DNA of 64,000 nt, taken from the IMG/VR virus record IMGVR_UViG_3300034190_002630. One strand, written 5' to 3'. Below, piece by piece: positions 40,089 to 49,772 of the stretch (positions are counted from its first letter, which is position 1; each line of letters opens with the position of its first letter). This DNA is from a virus. Under the pieces are notes generated by a model that worked only from the letters and a program-made list of their open reading frames with translations, did not search any database and had not been told where the DNA came from. A program made the translations under genes and the position numbers.

Positions 40089-41079
40089 AGAGTTTGGATC
40101 ACACATGGACGCAGCCATAAAAGGTGAATATCACTATCCACACACAATAGTTTTTGTACCTGGTATATCTTGCATGTACAAATGCACTTTTTGTGGTCGA
40201 AACTATGATGCAAAATTTGAAAAACAAGATAAACATTATGAAGTTTATAGAGATGTCATATATCAAAACAAAGGAAGAGGACAAATAAACATTGGTGGTG
40301 GTCTTGAACCCATGACAAGTCCATATTTGAATCAGATATGTAAAGACTTGCATGACGTTGGTATGAAATCAAGAATGATAACAAATGGATTTATGTTAAC
40401 ACAAAATTACATAAAAAAGAATCCTTATGTTGCAAATTTAGATACTTTGAGAATATCTTTATATGGAATTGATGAAGAGGAGTATAATTCAGTATCTAGA
40501 AATAAAAAAGGTTATCAGGTAGTTAAAAACAATTTAAAATTATTAGACAGAAAAGTAAAACTTAATTATGTTGTATTACCACAAAATGTTGAAAAGATAG
40601 CAAAAATTTTAGATTACATAGATGACATTGGTGGTATAGACGAATTAAGTTTAAGAGAAGATTTTTCATTTCAGTATGAAATAAATGATCGAAATAAGTT
40701 TCAAGATATTCTAAATGAATTTGATATATTAGCAAAACAACGTGGTGTCAAAGTTCATTATGGATATGCGATGTATGATTTACTAAGAGGAAGAAAAAGT
40801 AAATTAATTAAATGTGATTATTTACATTTAGATAAAAAACAATCACCACAAACTAAAATATATCTTGATCCAAACGGTGATTTGTATTATTATAGTGAGG
40901 CGGCATTTTTAGATCGAGAAGGTAGTGAACGTCACATTCTAGGTAATACATGGAGGTCATCAATTGATGATGCACTAAAAGGTATGAAAGAAATAGAACC
41001 ACGTAAAGATGATATAAAGTTCATGGATACTTTAACTCATCTCATAGAATATTATAAATGGAGTGTTCGTAATGTATGA
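40036..41079 (+). CDS. DesII-like radical SAM enzyme (TDP-amino-sugar ammonia-lyase/dehydrogenase family)
   Basis: YP....PG.SCMYKCTFCGR, GGLEPMT, TNGF, LRISLYG, LREDFS match motifs I recall for DesII. Confidence 0.7.
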   Translation: MERSLLKNFSTEQIQSIKEFGSHMDAAIKGEYHYPHTIVFVPGISCMYKCTFCGRNYDAKFEKQDKHYEVYRDVIYQNKGRGQINIGGGLEPMTSPYLNQICKDLHDVGMKSRMITNGFMLTQNYIKKNPYVANLDTLRISLYGIDEEEYNSVSRNKKGYQVVKNNLKLLDRKVKLNYVVLPQNVEKIAKILDYIDDIGGIDELSLREDFSFQYEINDRNKFQDILNEFDILAKQRGVKVHYGYAMYDLLRGRKSKLIKCDYLHLDKKQSPQTKIYLDPNGDLYYYSEAAFLDREGSERHILGNTWRSSIDDALKGMKEIEPRKDDIKFMDTLTHLIEYYKWSVRNV

Positions 41080-41467
41080 ATTGAAAGAATATCTTAACTC
41101 TATAAATTATCAAAAAAATAATTTAATGGAAAGTGATGACGTTATGTGGGAAAAAAAGTACCCTGCATATGTTGTTAATAAGTGTTTAGCACCATTTGGT
41201 GATACGATTATGTTAATAAATGAAATGAATAGATTACATCATTTAGATAACAAACTACAATATGATTTCTTACTAAATAGTCTAAGAACTCGAAAGAGAT
41301 TTGCATCGTGGATGAAGTCAAGCAAATCTAAGGATATAGAGTGTGTAAAAGAGTATTATGGTTATAGTAATGAGAAATCCAAGTCTGCTCTAAGCATACT
41401 TAACGATGAACAAATAAAAATGATAAAGGAAAAATTGAATAAAGGCGGACAACATGGAAAACGTTAG
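41072..41467 (+). CDS. gp62: Clamp loader small subunit gp62
   Basis: YLNSIN, YVVNKCL, NEMN, QYDFLLNSLR.RKRF, KEYYGYS. Confidence 0.92.
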   Translation: MYELKEYLNSINYQKNNLMESDDVMWEKKYPAYVVNKCLAPFGDTIMLINEMNRLHHLDNKLQYDFLLNSLRTRKRFASWMKSSKSKDIECVKEYYGYSNEKSKSALSILNDEQIKMIKEKLNKGGQHGKR

Positions 41468-41867
41468 TTTTAATAAAGACAATATGCTTGAAGTGACTCT
41501 TAAAGAACCTGATGATTTTTTAAAGGTTAGAGAGACACTATCTAGAATCGGTGTGGCTTCAAGAAAAGAAAAAAAATTATATCAGTCTTGTCATATTCTT
41601 CACAAACAAGGTAAGTATTACATTGTTCACTTCAAAGAACTATTTGCACTTGATGGTAAAGAAACAAACTTAACAGAGAATGATATAGGAAGAAGAAACA
41701 GAATTGCTAGTCTATTGAAAGATTGGGGTTTGATTAATATCAGTAGTGAAGTACAAAACATGTCACCACTTAGTCAAATCAAAATTATAAGTTTCAAAGA
41801 AAAGTCTGAATGGACTTTAGAAACAAAATATAATATTGGAAAGACTAAAGATGAGAACAGTATATGA
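41454..41867 (+). CDS. regA: Translational repressor RegA
   Basis: PDDFLKVRETLSRIG, LYQSCHILHKQGKYYIVHFKELF. Confidence 0.97.
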   Translation: MENVSFNKDNMLEVTLKEPDDFLKVRETLSRIGVASRKEKKLYQSCHILHKQGKYYIVHFKELFALDGKETNLTENDIGRRNRIASLLKDWGLINISSEVQNMSPLSQIKIISFKEKSEWTLETKYNIGKTKDENSI

Positions 41868-43032
41868 TGAATGGACAAGGTTACAAAAAGTAATCATTGG
41901 TCGATCATTTGATCTAAGTAATTTTAATATAGATTATAAAAATAAAATATTATTTAATTATGATAAGACAATATCAGAAAGACATCAACACTTTTCAAAT
42001 ATAGAATATGACGGTAATAGAACTACAACTGATAGTTTACTAGATTTAGTTGAGGGTAATTTATCAGGTTTAAAAAAAATACATGATGAAACTAATGAAG
42101 ACTTAGATGTATTAGCAGACATATGTAAACAGTTTGGTACGTTTGTTGTAAGACCAGATATATTATATCCAATAGAAACTGAGTGGCGTCATCCCATGCA
42201 AGTTAGAGATACGATTGGTAAAATAGGTGATACAGTCTTTGAGGTTTACACTTCATCTTGGGATAGGATGTATGAAAATCTAAACTGTAGAAATATTTTG
42301 ATAGATGAATTTGAAGAGGGTGCTAGATATATTTCGATGCCATTTCCCATATATGAAAGAAAACCAACAAATACTATAGATGATATTGATATAAAAAATG
42401 AGATATCCAATAAAGAAATACAATCATATGATAATCAAGGACAAATATTAGGTGATACAGCTGCATTTATGAAATGTGGAAAACATATTTTTCATACTCA
42501 TTCAAATCCAAAAACAAAACTAAAAAAACAACATTCTCATATTAGTATGACTAATAATGGTAGAGAGTGGTGGAAGAGAGAGTTTCCAAGACATGAATTT
42601 GTGGAAATGAACGCATATGGTCACGTTGACGGAAAGATTTCTATTCTAAGACCAGGTTTAGTATTGGCATGGAATAAAGATCACATACCAGAGATTATGA
42701 AAGATTGGGATGTAATATTGATTGAAAATAAAGCAACATATTCTGGCAAACAAATAAAAGATTTATGTGAGGAAAGAGGTGTTAAAAATTATCCATGGCA
42801 CCATCTATTAGGTGTATCACAAGAAACAAGGTTTGATGCAAACTGTTTATCACTTGATGAAAATACAGTGATCACATCTGGTTATGATAAAGATTTATCA
42901 GATAAATTAAAAAAGTATAACATTGAAATGATACCTTGGGTTAATCGTTGGAACTTTCTTTGGTCTGGTGGTGCTCATTGTTGTTCTGTTGACTTGGCAA
43001 GAGAAGGAAAACTTATTGACTATTTTTCATAA
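41851..43032 (+). CDS. Amidinotransferase (glycine/inosamine-phosphate amidinotransferase family)
   Basis: EW..L..VIIGR, VRD, GHVDG...LRPGL, C-terminal GGAHC catalytic Cys. Confidence 0.8.
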   Translation: MRTVYDEWTRLQKVIIGRSFDLSNFNIDYKNKILFNYDKTISERHQHFSNIEYDGNRTTTDSLLDLVEGNLSGLKKIHDETNEDLDVLADICKQFGTFVVRPDILYPIETEWRHPMQVRDTIGKIGDTVFEVYTSSWDRMYENLNCRNILIDEFEEGARYISMPFPIYERKPTNTIDDIDIKNEISNKEIQSYDNQGQILGDTAAFMKCGKHIFHTHSNPKTKLKKQHSHISMTNNGREWWKREFPRHEFVEMNAYGHVDGKISILRPGLVLAWNKDHIPEIMKDWDVILIENKATYSGKQIKDLCEERGVKNYPWHHLLGVSQETRFDANCLSLDENTVITSGYDKDLSDKLKKYNIEMIPWVNRWNFLWSGGAHCCSVDLAREGKLIDYFS

Positions 43033-43044
43033 TTATGGTATAAT
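43016..43044 (+). promoter_or_regulatory. Near-consensus sigma70 promoter (gp43)
   Basis: TTGACT-17 nt-TATAAT with extended TGn; ATG begins 7 nt after the -10. Confidence 0.75.
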
Positions 43045-43050
43045 ATCCAC

Positions 43051-45525
43051 ATGAGGTTTTATACAAACATTTCTCAATGGGGAAATAATTTATTATTACG
43101 TGAAGTCATAGATGGTAAGAGAGTAAATCGAAAAGTAAAATATTCGCCAACTCTGTATTGTCCTGTGATGCGTGAGACAAATTTTAAAACTTTAGAAGGT
43201 AAGTATGTTACGCCTATAAAACATCAAACAATGAGAGATGCCAAAGAGTGGGTTGAACAATATAAAGAACAACCACATTTATTATATGGTAATACGCAAT
43301 ATCAATATTCTTTTTTATATGAAAACTATCCAAACTTAGAATGGTCATTAGATGATGTATTGATCGCAACGATTGATATTGAAGTTGCTTGTGAAAATGG
43401 TTTTCCTAATCCACAAGATGCTATTGAACCTTTACTTTCTATCACTGTAAAAAATCATGCTAATAAACAAATATTTGTTTGGGGTGTTGGTGAGTACAAA
43501 ACAACTCGACCAGACGTTGCTTATGTCAATTGTGAAAATGAAAAAGAACTTATCTATGAGTTTTTAAAGTTCTGGCAAATGAACCAACCTGATGTTATCA
43601 CTGGTTGGAATACAGAATTTTTTGACATACCATATCTTTGTAATAGAATAAAAAAACTTTGTGGTGAAGATGACTTAAAAAAATTATCACCATGGAAATC
43701 TGTTTCATCAAAAAACATTTACTCAATGGGTCGAAGTCACCAAGTTTGGGATATACAAGGTATCGCTGCTTTAGATTATTATGATTTGTATCGAAAGTTT
43801 ACATATACAAATCAAGAGTCATATCGTTTAGATCATATCGCATACGTAGAACTAGGTGAAAGAAAAGACGGAAATCCTTATGATACTTTTAGAGATTGGT
43901 ACACAAATGATTTTCAATCTTTCATTGACTATAATATAACAGATGTTGAGATTGTTGATAAACTTGAAGAGAAAATGAAACTTATCGACTTGTGTTTGAC
44001 AATGGCCTACGAGGCAAAGGTTAATTATACAGATGTTTTAGGATCAGTTAAGTATTGGGATATTTTAATACACAACTATTTAATGGATAAAGGTATTGTT
44101 GTTCCACAAAAAGTAGAAAGAGAAAAGTCTGAGAAGTATGAAGGTGCATATGTAAAAGATCCACAGACAGGTATGCATGAATGGGTATTGTCTTTTGATT
44201 TAAATTCACTATATCCACATTTAATTATGCAATATAATATTTCACCTGAAACAATGAAAAGTGAACAGACAGTTCCTAATATGTCGGTTGATAAACTATT
44301 AGATAAACAAATAGACACATCTGTTTTAAAAAACACAACTATGACACCAAATGGTGCTTTATTTCGCACTGACAAAAAAGGATTCTTGCCTGAGATGATG
44401 CAAAAAATGTATGATGATAGAGTTAGATATAAAAAGGCAATGTTAGAGGCAAAACAAAATCTTGTTAACACAAAAGATAAAAAGTATGAAAAACAAATTT
44501 CTACGTTTAATAATATACAAATGGCAAAAAAGATTGCACTTAACTCAGCATATGGTGCTATTGGAAACAATTGGTTTAGATATTATTCACACACAATGGC
44601 AGAAGCGATTACTACATCTGGTCAATTATCTATTCGTTGGATTGAAAAAAAGATAAACAGTTATATGAATGGATTACTAAAAACTAAAGATAAAGATTAT
44701 GTTATTGCATCTGACACTGACTCTGTTTATATTACATTTGATGAACTAATTAAAAAACTTAATCCAAAATATCCTATTGACTTCCTTGATACAATTGCAA
44801 AAGAAAAGGTTGAACCTTTCATTGATCAATCATATCAAGAACTTGCAAACTATCTACATGCATATGAACAAAAGATGCAAATGAAAAGAGAAGTGATTGC
44901 AGATAAAGGTATTTGGACTGCAAAGAAAAGATATATTTTAAACGCATACGATATTGAAGGTGTTAGATATAAAGAACCAACATTGAAGATTATGGGTATC
45001 GAAGCAGTGAAGTCATCAACACCTGCACCATGTCGTGAAAAAATTAAAGAGGCTTTGAAGATTATGATGTCTGGTGATGAAAAAGAACTAAATAAATTTA
45101 TACAAAATTTTCGTGAAGAGTTTCTTACACTTCCACCAGAAGACATTGCATATCCAAGAAGTGTAAATGGTTTGAACAAATGGTCTGAGACACATACATT
45201 ATTTAAGAAAGGTGCTCCGATACATGTCAAAGGTGGAATATTATATAATCATTTAGTAAAGAAAAATAAACTTACAAGATACTATCCTTTAATACAAGAA
45301 GGTGATAAGATAAAGTTTTTATATTTAAAACTTCCTAACATTTATCAATCATCATCTATATCATTTATTACAACACTTCCAAAACAACTTGACTTTAAAG
45401 TTGATTGTGAATTACAGTTTGAAAAGTCATTTATTGAACCACTTAATTTTATTATTGAAAAGATTGGATGGTTTGTTGATAGAACTTATGGAACACAAGG
45501 AACACTAGAAGATTTTTTTGCATGA
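43051..45525 (+). CDS. gp43: Family B DNA polymerase gp43
   Basis: DIE exonuclease motif, FDLNSLYP, KIALNSAYG, SDTDS, KKRY. Confidence 0.98.
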   Translation: MRFYTNISQWGNNLLLREVIDGKRVNRKVKYSPTLYCPVMRETNFKTLEGKYVTPIKHQTMRDAKEWVEQYKEQPHLLYGNTQYQYSFLYENYPNLEWSLDDVLIATIDIEVACENGFPNPQDAIEPLLSITVKNHANKQIFVWGVGEYKTTRPDVAYVNCENEKELIYEFLKFWQMNQPDVITGWNTEFFDIPYLCNRIKKLCGEDDLKKLSPWKSVSSKNIYSMGRSHQVWDIQGIAALDYYDLYRKFTYTNQESYRLDHIAYVELGERKDGNPYDTFRDWYTNDFQSFIDYNITDVEIVDKLEEKMKLIDLCLTMAYEAKVNYTDVLGSVKYWDILIHNYLMDKGIVVPQKVEREKSEKYEGAYVKDPQTGMHEWVLSFDLNSLYPHLIMQYNISPETMKSEQTVPNMSVDKLLDKQIDTSVLKNTTMTPNGALFRTDKKGFLPEMMQKMYDDRVRYKKAMLEAKQNLVNTKDKKYEKQISTFNNIQMAKKIALNSAYGAIGNNWFRYYSHTMAEAITTSGQLSIRWIEKKINSYMNGLLKTKDKDYVIASDTDSVYITFDELIKKLNPKYPIDFLDTIAKEKVEPFIDQSYQELANYLHAYEQKMQMKREVIADKGIWTAKKRYILNAYDIEGVRYKEPTLKIMGIEAVKSSTPAPCREKIKEALKIMMSGDEKELNKFIQNFREEFLTLPPEDIAYPRSVNGLNKWSETHTLFKKGAPIHVKGGILYNHLVKKNKLTRYYPLIQEGDKIKFLYLKLPNIYQSSSISFITTLPKQLDFKVDCELQFEKSFIEPLNFIIEKIGWFVDRTYGTQGTLEDFFA

Positions 45526-46343
45526 TACACAAATTACTAGAAACAATAATAACAAAGGAGTCACAAAATGAAACTGAAGTTGCTATTCTCTTATCTGGCG
45601 GCGTTGACAGTAACACTTGCTTATTTACTTCTAACCGTCTCGGTTTAAAAGTACATGGATATTCTTTTTATATAAAAGATAATCCTACTTACGACTCACT
45701 AAAAGCACAAGAGGTATGTGAGAAGTTTGGATTTAATTTTACAAGTATTGAGGTGCCGACTGAAAATTTAGTCGAGGACTTTAAAACGTTGGCACACAAA
45801 TATAGTTGTAAAAAGAAAGTTCAGTTTGAATGCACTTGGCCATTCATGTACATGTATCCTAAGATAAAAGAGAAAGTTATTATATCTGGTGTTGCCGCAG
45901 ACGGACATTATGGTCTAAGTAAAAAAGCAATGATACACTTCAAACACACAAAACAAAAGTTTGATAAGTTTAGAACAGATTATTTTTCATCTGATAATCC
46001 AGCAGGTGTCAGACAACTTGAAATGTTAAGTAAAGAATATGATAAAATACTGATTGCACCCTATTTGAATAAAGATGTATTTAATTATTTTATACAGTTT
46101 GATTGGGATCAGATTAATAAACCATATGAAAAACATTTAATCAGACAACATTTTCATGAGTTTGATGAACTTAAACTTAAAAAACATCTTAATTTACAAC
46201 TTGTGGCAGAAATACCAACTATATTTGAGAATCTTCTTGACAATAAAGAGATAAACATATATGATAGGAAAAGAATTATGGATGTGTGTCGTGACTGGTC
46301 AAAAATAGTTGACAGTAAAGGCACTTTGGAAAACTTTATATGA
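45522..46343 (+). CDS. Asparagine-synthase-like N-type ATP pyrophosphatase (amide ligase), no glutaminase domain
   Basis: LLSGGVDS PP-loop, SG.AADG..G, APYL, EKHLIR. Confidence 0.75.
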   Translation: MIHKLLETIITKESQNETEVAILLSGGVDSNTCLFTSNRLGLKVHGYSFYIKDNPTYDSLKAQEVCEKFGFNFTSIEVPTENLVEDFKTLAHKYSCKKKVQFECTWPFMYMYPKIKEKVIISGVAADGHYGLSKKAMIHFKHTKQKFDKFRTDYFSSDNPAGVRQLEMLSKEYDKILIAPYLNKDVFNYFIQFDWDQINKPYEKHLIRQHFHEFDELKLKKHLNLQLVAEIPTIFENLLDNKEINIYDRKRIMDVCRDWSKIVDSKGTLENFI

Positions 46344-47476
46344 AATACAAACCCTACTTAATGAAAGACGTATTAGACGGAGAGGCACAAGAAAAGTTTC
46401 GTGTTATATCTACTTTCGCAGGTGGTGGTGGAAGTTCTACAGGTTATCGTCTTGCAGGTGGAAAAATACTTGCAATAAATGAGTTTGTTGAAGAAGCAAG
46501 AAATACTTACAGAGATAATTATCCAAACACACCTATTCTTGATGGTGATATCAAAGAACTAGAGGGAAAAGATTTTTTAGAGATTGCAAATATAAAAGAA
46601 GGTGAACTTGAATTATTAGACGGATCGCCTCCATGTTCAGCATTTAGTATGTGTGGAACATTGGCAAGAGAAGGAACAGTTCATAGTGACGGATTTGGTA
46701 AAACTAAATCTTACTCAGACGGAAAGATAGTTACGAATATTGAAGACTTATTCTTTGAATTTTTAAGAGTCGCAGATAAGATTAGACCAAAGACTATCAT
46801 CGCAGAGAATGTTGAAGGTCTTACAGTTGGAGAAGCAAAACAATATTTTAATAAAATACAAAATACATTTGAGGATATTGGATATCAAGTAGTTGCAAAA
46901 GTACATGATTGTTCACAGTTTGGAGTTCCACAAAGAAGACGAAGAGTTTTCTTTATGGCAGTTAGAGATGACATTATGGATCAAGTTGGTTTGAATTTTA
47001 TGACTCTATCATCAATATTTCCAAAAGAAAATAAAACAATTACTACTTTACAAGGTGCATTTGATGATTTAGATTATGATCAAGATGAAGTTGAAATGCT
47101 TACTACAAAATGGAAAGAGACAGCATACTATAAACAAACATGCGTATTAATGCCAAGAAACCCAGATAAAGTAATTACAGGAACAGACTATCATCCAAAA
47201 GGATGGCATTTTAATTTAAAGATTGCATCTGAGTTTCAACCTTCACCAACAATTACAGCAATGGGTGCTACAGAAAAAACTGCTGGAGTGTGTCATTGGG
47301 AAGAAGACAGAAAATTTACTTTAGGTGAATTAAAAAGAGTGACATCATTACCTGATGATTTTAAGTTAACAGGAAAATGGGCACAAAGAGCAGAACGATG
47401 TGGACGTATGGTGCCATCATTAATGATGAAAGCACTTGCAGAATCCATGTACAATAATGTATTAAGGAATATATAA
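46340..47476 (+). CDS. C5-cytosine DNA methyltransferase-family enzyme, probable carboxymethyltransferase
   Basis: FAGGGG (I), GSPPC (IV), ENV (VI), PQRRRR (VIII), motif X CGRMVP instead of GN(A/S)VP. Confidence 0.85.
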   Translation: MKYKPYLMKDVLDGEAQEKFRVISTFAGGGGSSTGYRLAGGKILAINEFVEEARNTYRDNYPNTPILDGDIKELEGKDFLEIANIKEGELELLDGSPPCSAFSMCGTLAREGTVHSDGFGKTKSYSDGKIVTNIEDLFFEFLRVADKIRPKTIIAENVEGLTVGEAKQYFNKIQNTFEDIGYQVVAKVHDCSQFGVPQRRRRVFFMAVRDDIMDQVGLNFMTLSSIFPKENKTITTLQGAFDDLDYDQDEVEMLTTKWKETAYYKQTCVLMPRNPDKVITGTDYHPKGWHFNLKIASEFQPSPTITAMGATEKTAGVCHWEEDRKFTLGELKRVTSLPDDFKLTGKWAQRAERCGRMVPSLMMKALAESMYNNVLRNI

Positions 47477-48183
47477 TGAACGATTTTACTTTTGCACATA
47501 GAGAAGAAGGATTTGACAATCATATTGATCAATCTATTCGAGGTTATAGAGATTTACTCAACGATGTAGTTTCTTTTTCAAGATACTTCGTTGAAGAACA
47601 CACCACAGTCTTAGACATAGGTTGTTCTACAGGAAAACTAACAAAACGAATTATGCAAGAAAATGTAAAACACAAACCATTTGTTTGTTATGAGGGTGTT
47701 GAGTATGCTGAAGGATTTAAGGAAGACTTAGATAAAAGACTAAGAGAATTAAATTCGATGTTTCCCGATATGGATAATTTAGTTAGTTTTCTACAAAAAG
47801 ACATTAGAGAATACAGATGGCGACCAGAAGTTAACTCTTTTGTTACATCAATTTTTACTTTACAATTTATGCCAAAAAAAGACAGAGCAGATTTGTTAAG
47901 AGAAATATATCATAGTTTAATACCTGGTGGTGCATTTGTATTTTCTGAAAAAGTCTTTTCTGAGAATGCACATATTCAAGACATGATGACTTTCATGTAC
48001 TATGATCACAAAAGAGAACACTTTGATGACAAAGATATTCTTGATAAAGAAAAGACACTAAGACACATGTTGAAACCTAACACATGGCCAGAATTGAAAG
48101 ATCATTTAGAAAAAGCAGGTTTCATAGACGTACAAGTGTTTTGGCGTAATCACAATTTTATAGGAGCAATAGCAATAAAATGA
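47476..48183 (+). CDS. cmoA: CmoA-like carboxy-SAM synthase
   Basis: [33 protein letters not shown] parallel bacterial CmoA motifs. Confidence 0.75.
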   Translation: MNDFTFAHREEGFDNHIDQSIRGYRDLLNDVVSFSRYFVEEHTTVLDIGCSTGKLTKRIMQENVKHKPFVCYEGVEYAEGFKEDLDKRLRELNSMFPDMDNLVSFLQKDIREYRWRPEVNSFVTSIFTLQFMPKKDRADLLREIYHSLIPGGAFVFSEKVFSENAHIQDMMTFMYYDHKREHFDDKDILDKEKTLRHMLKPNTWPELKDHLEKAGFIDVQVFWRNHNFIGAIAIK

Positions 48184-49208
48184 CAAACGATTTTCTTAAA
48201 GATATAATTAAAACAACTGGCAATGAATATGCTAATCTAGTGGAAGACGGAGTTGAATCAGGTGATGTTGAAAACTTTATCGACACAGGTTCTTATATTT
48301 TAAATGGAATGTTAAGTGGTTCACTCTATGGTGGACTTCCACAGAATAAAATAACAGCACTTGCAGGTGAATCTGCAACAGGTAAAACATTTTTTCTTAT
48401 GGGAATGTGTAAACACTTTTTAGATGCAAACCCAGATGGTGGTATTGTTTACTTTGAGTCAGAATCAGCAGTAACTAAAAAAATGATCGTTGATAGAGGT
48501 ATTGATGCATCAAGAATGGTAGTCTTACCTGTTTCAACTGTACAAGAGTTTAGAACACAGGCAATAAAAGTTCTTGATAGATACATGCAACAAGACGTTG
48601 ATATTAGAAGACCAATGTTTATGTGTCTTGATTCTCTAGGTATGTTATCTACAACTAAAGAAGTTGAAGATACAGCAGAGGGAAAAGAAACAAGAGATAT
48701 GACAAGAGCTCAAGTTCTAAAGGCTGCATTTAGAATACTTACACTTAAATTAGGAAAAGCAAAAGTTCCTATGGTCGTCACTAATCATACTTATGATGTT
48801 GTTGGATCATATATTCCAATGAAAGAAATGGGTGGTGGTAGTGGACTTAAATATGCCGCAAGTAGTATTGTTTATCTAAGTAAGAAAAAAGAAAAAGACG
48901 GAACTGAAGTTATTGGTAATATTATCAAAGCAAAAAATCAAAAGTCTAGACTAACAAAAGAAAACTCAGATTGTGAAGTTAGATTAACATACAATAAAGG
49001 ACTTGACAAATATTATGGATTACTTCAACTTGCTGAAAAATATGATATATTTAAAAAAGTATCTACGAAGTTTGAATTACCAGATGGTCGAAAAGTATTT
49101 GGTAAAACTATAAATGATGATCCACAGTCATACTTCACAGATGAAGTTATGGAAAAACTAGAAGAAGCGGCAATGAAAGAATACTCATATGGAGGCAACA
49201 ATGAGTGA
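48180..49208 (+). CDS. uvsX: RecA-like recombinase UvsX
   Basis: [33 protein letters not shown]. Confidence 0.95.
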   Translation: MTNDFLKDIIKTTGNEYANLVEDGVESGDVENFIDTGSYILNGMLSGSLYGGLPQNKITALAGESATGKTFFLMGMCKHFLDANPDGGIVYFESESAVTKKMIVDRGIDASRMVVLPVSTVQEFRTQAIKVLDRYMQQDVDIRRPMFMCLDSLGMLSTTKEVEDTAEGKETRDMTRAQVLKAAFRILTLKLGKAKVPMVVTNHTYDVVGSYIPMKEMGGGSGLKYAASSIVYLSKKKEKDGTEVIGNIIKAKNQKSRLTKENSDCEVRLTYNKGLDKYYGLLQLAEKYDIFKKVSTKFELPDGRKVFGKTINDDPQSYFTDEVMEKLEEAAMKEYSYGGNNE

Positions 49209-49485
49209 AATGAAACAAGGTGATTTAGTATCTGTTTTAACGCCACATGGTGAATTTGTTGGAAGACTAGAAAAAAATGATGATACAGGCGTACATCTAA
49301 GTAATCCAAAAATGATGGTTAGCACTAAAGAAGGAAACATGGGTTTTGCAAGAGGTGTTTGTATGACAGGTGAGGAAAATCCTAAATCAATAATTTTTAG
49401 AAGTGGTGGTATTATATTAGTCACACCATCAAATCAAAATATAAACAAAGCATATACTGAAGTTGTAAGTGGATTAGTCACTTGA
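49201..49485 (+). CDS. Hypothetical Sm-like protein
   Basis: GDLVSV....GEFVGRL....NP; GGAGG SD. Confidence 0.55.
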   Translation: MSEMKQGDLVSVLTPHGEFVGRLEKNDDTGVHLSNPKMMVSTKEGNMGFARGVCMTGEENPKSIIFRSGGIILVTPSNQNINKAYTEVVSGLVT

Positions 49486-49772
49486 CAAAAAAGAAATTCA
49501 GTTATATCGAATCAGCAAACTACCCAGATCAAACTTGCATAGGGATCAACGAGGGAGAGTTTGCTGGTGTAATTTATAAATATGGTAAAGTCACACCAAT
49601 AGAAAAAGATGATAAATTGACAATGCAATTTGAATATGATATTATAGAAAACAATGCAATACCTAGAGAAAAGTTTGGCGATAATTTTTTTAATTTAATA
49701 GGTGATATACTAATGGATATACTTGATGAAAAATATAACACTAACGATACTAGAAAACTTAGTAGCAAATGA
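49482..49772 (+). CDS. gp40-like protein
   Basis: G.F.GVIYKYGKV...FEYDI; T4 gp40 position between uvsX and gp41. Confidence 0.55.
   Translation: MTKKKFSYIESANYPDQTCIGINEGEFAGVIYKYGKVTPIEKDDKLTMQFEYDIIENNAIPREKFGDNFFNLIGDILMDILDEKYNTNDTRKLSSK

Noticed and set aside
43051-45525. Intein or intron in gp43 (also checked gp17, gp41, uvsW)
   Set aside because: Lengths are normal, motifs contiguous, no splice signatures
46340-47476. Ordinary restriction-modification methyltransferase
   Set aside because: No adjacent endonuclease; motif X Arg and the flanking CmoA-like and amide-ligase genes argue otherwise
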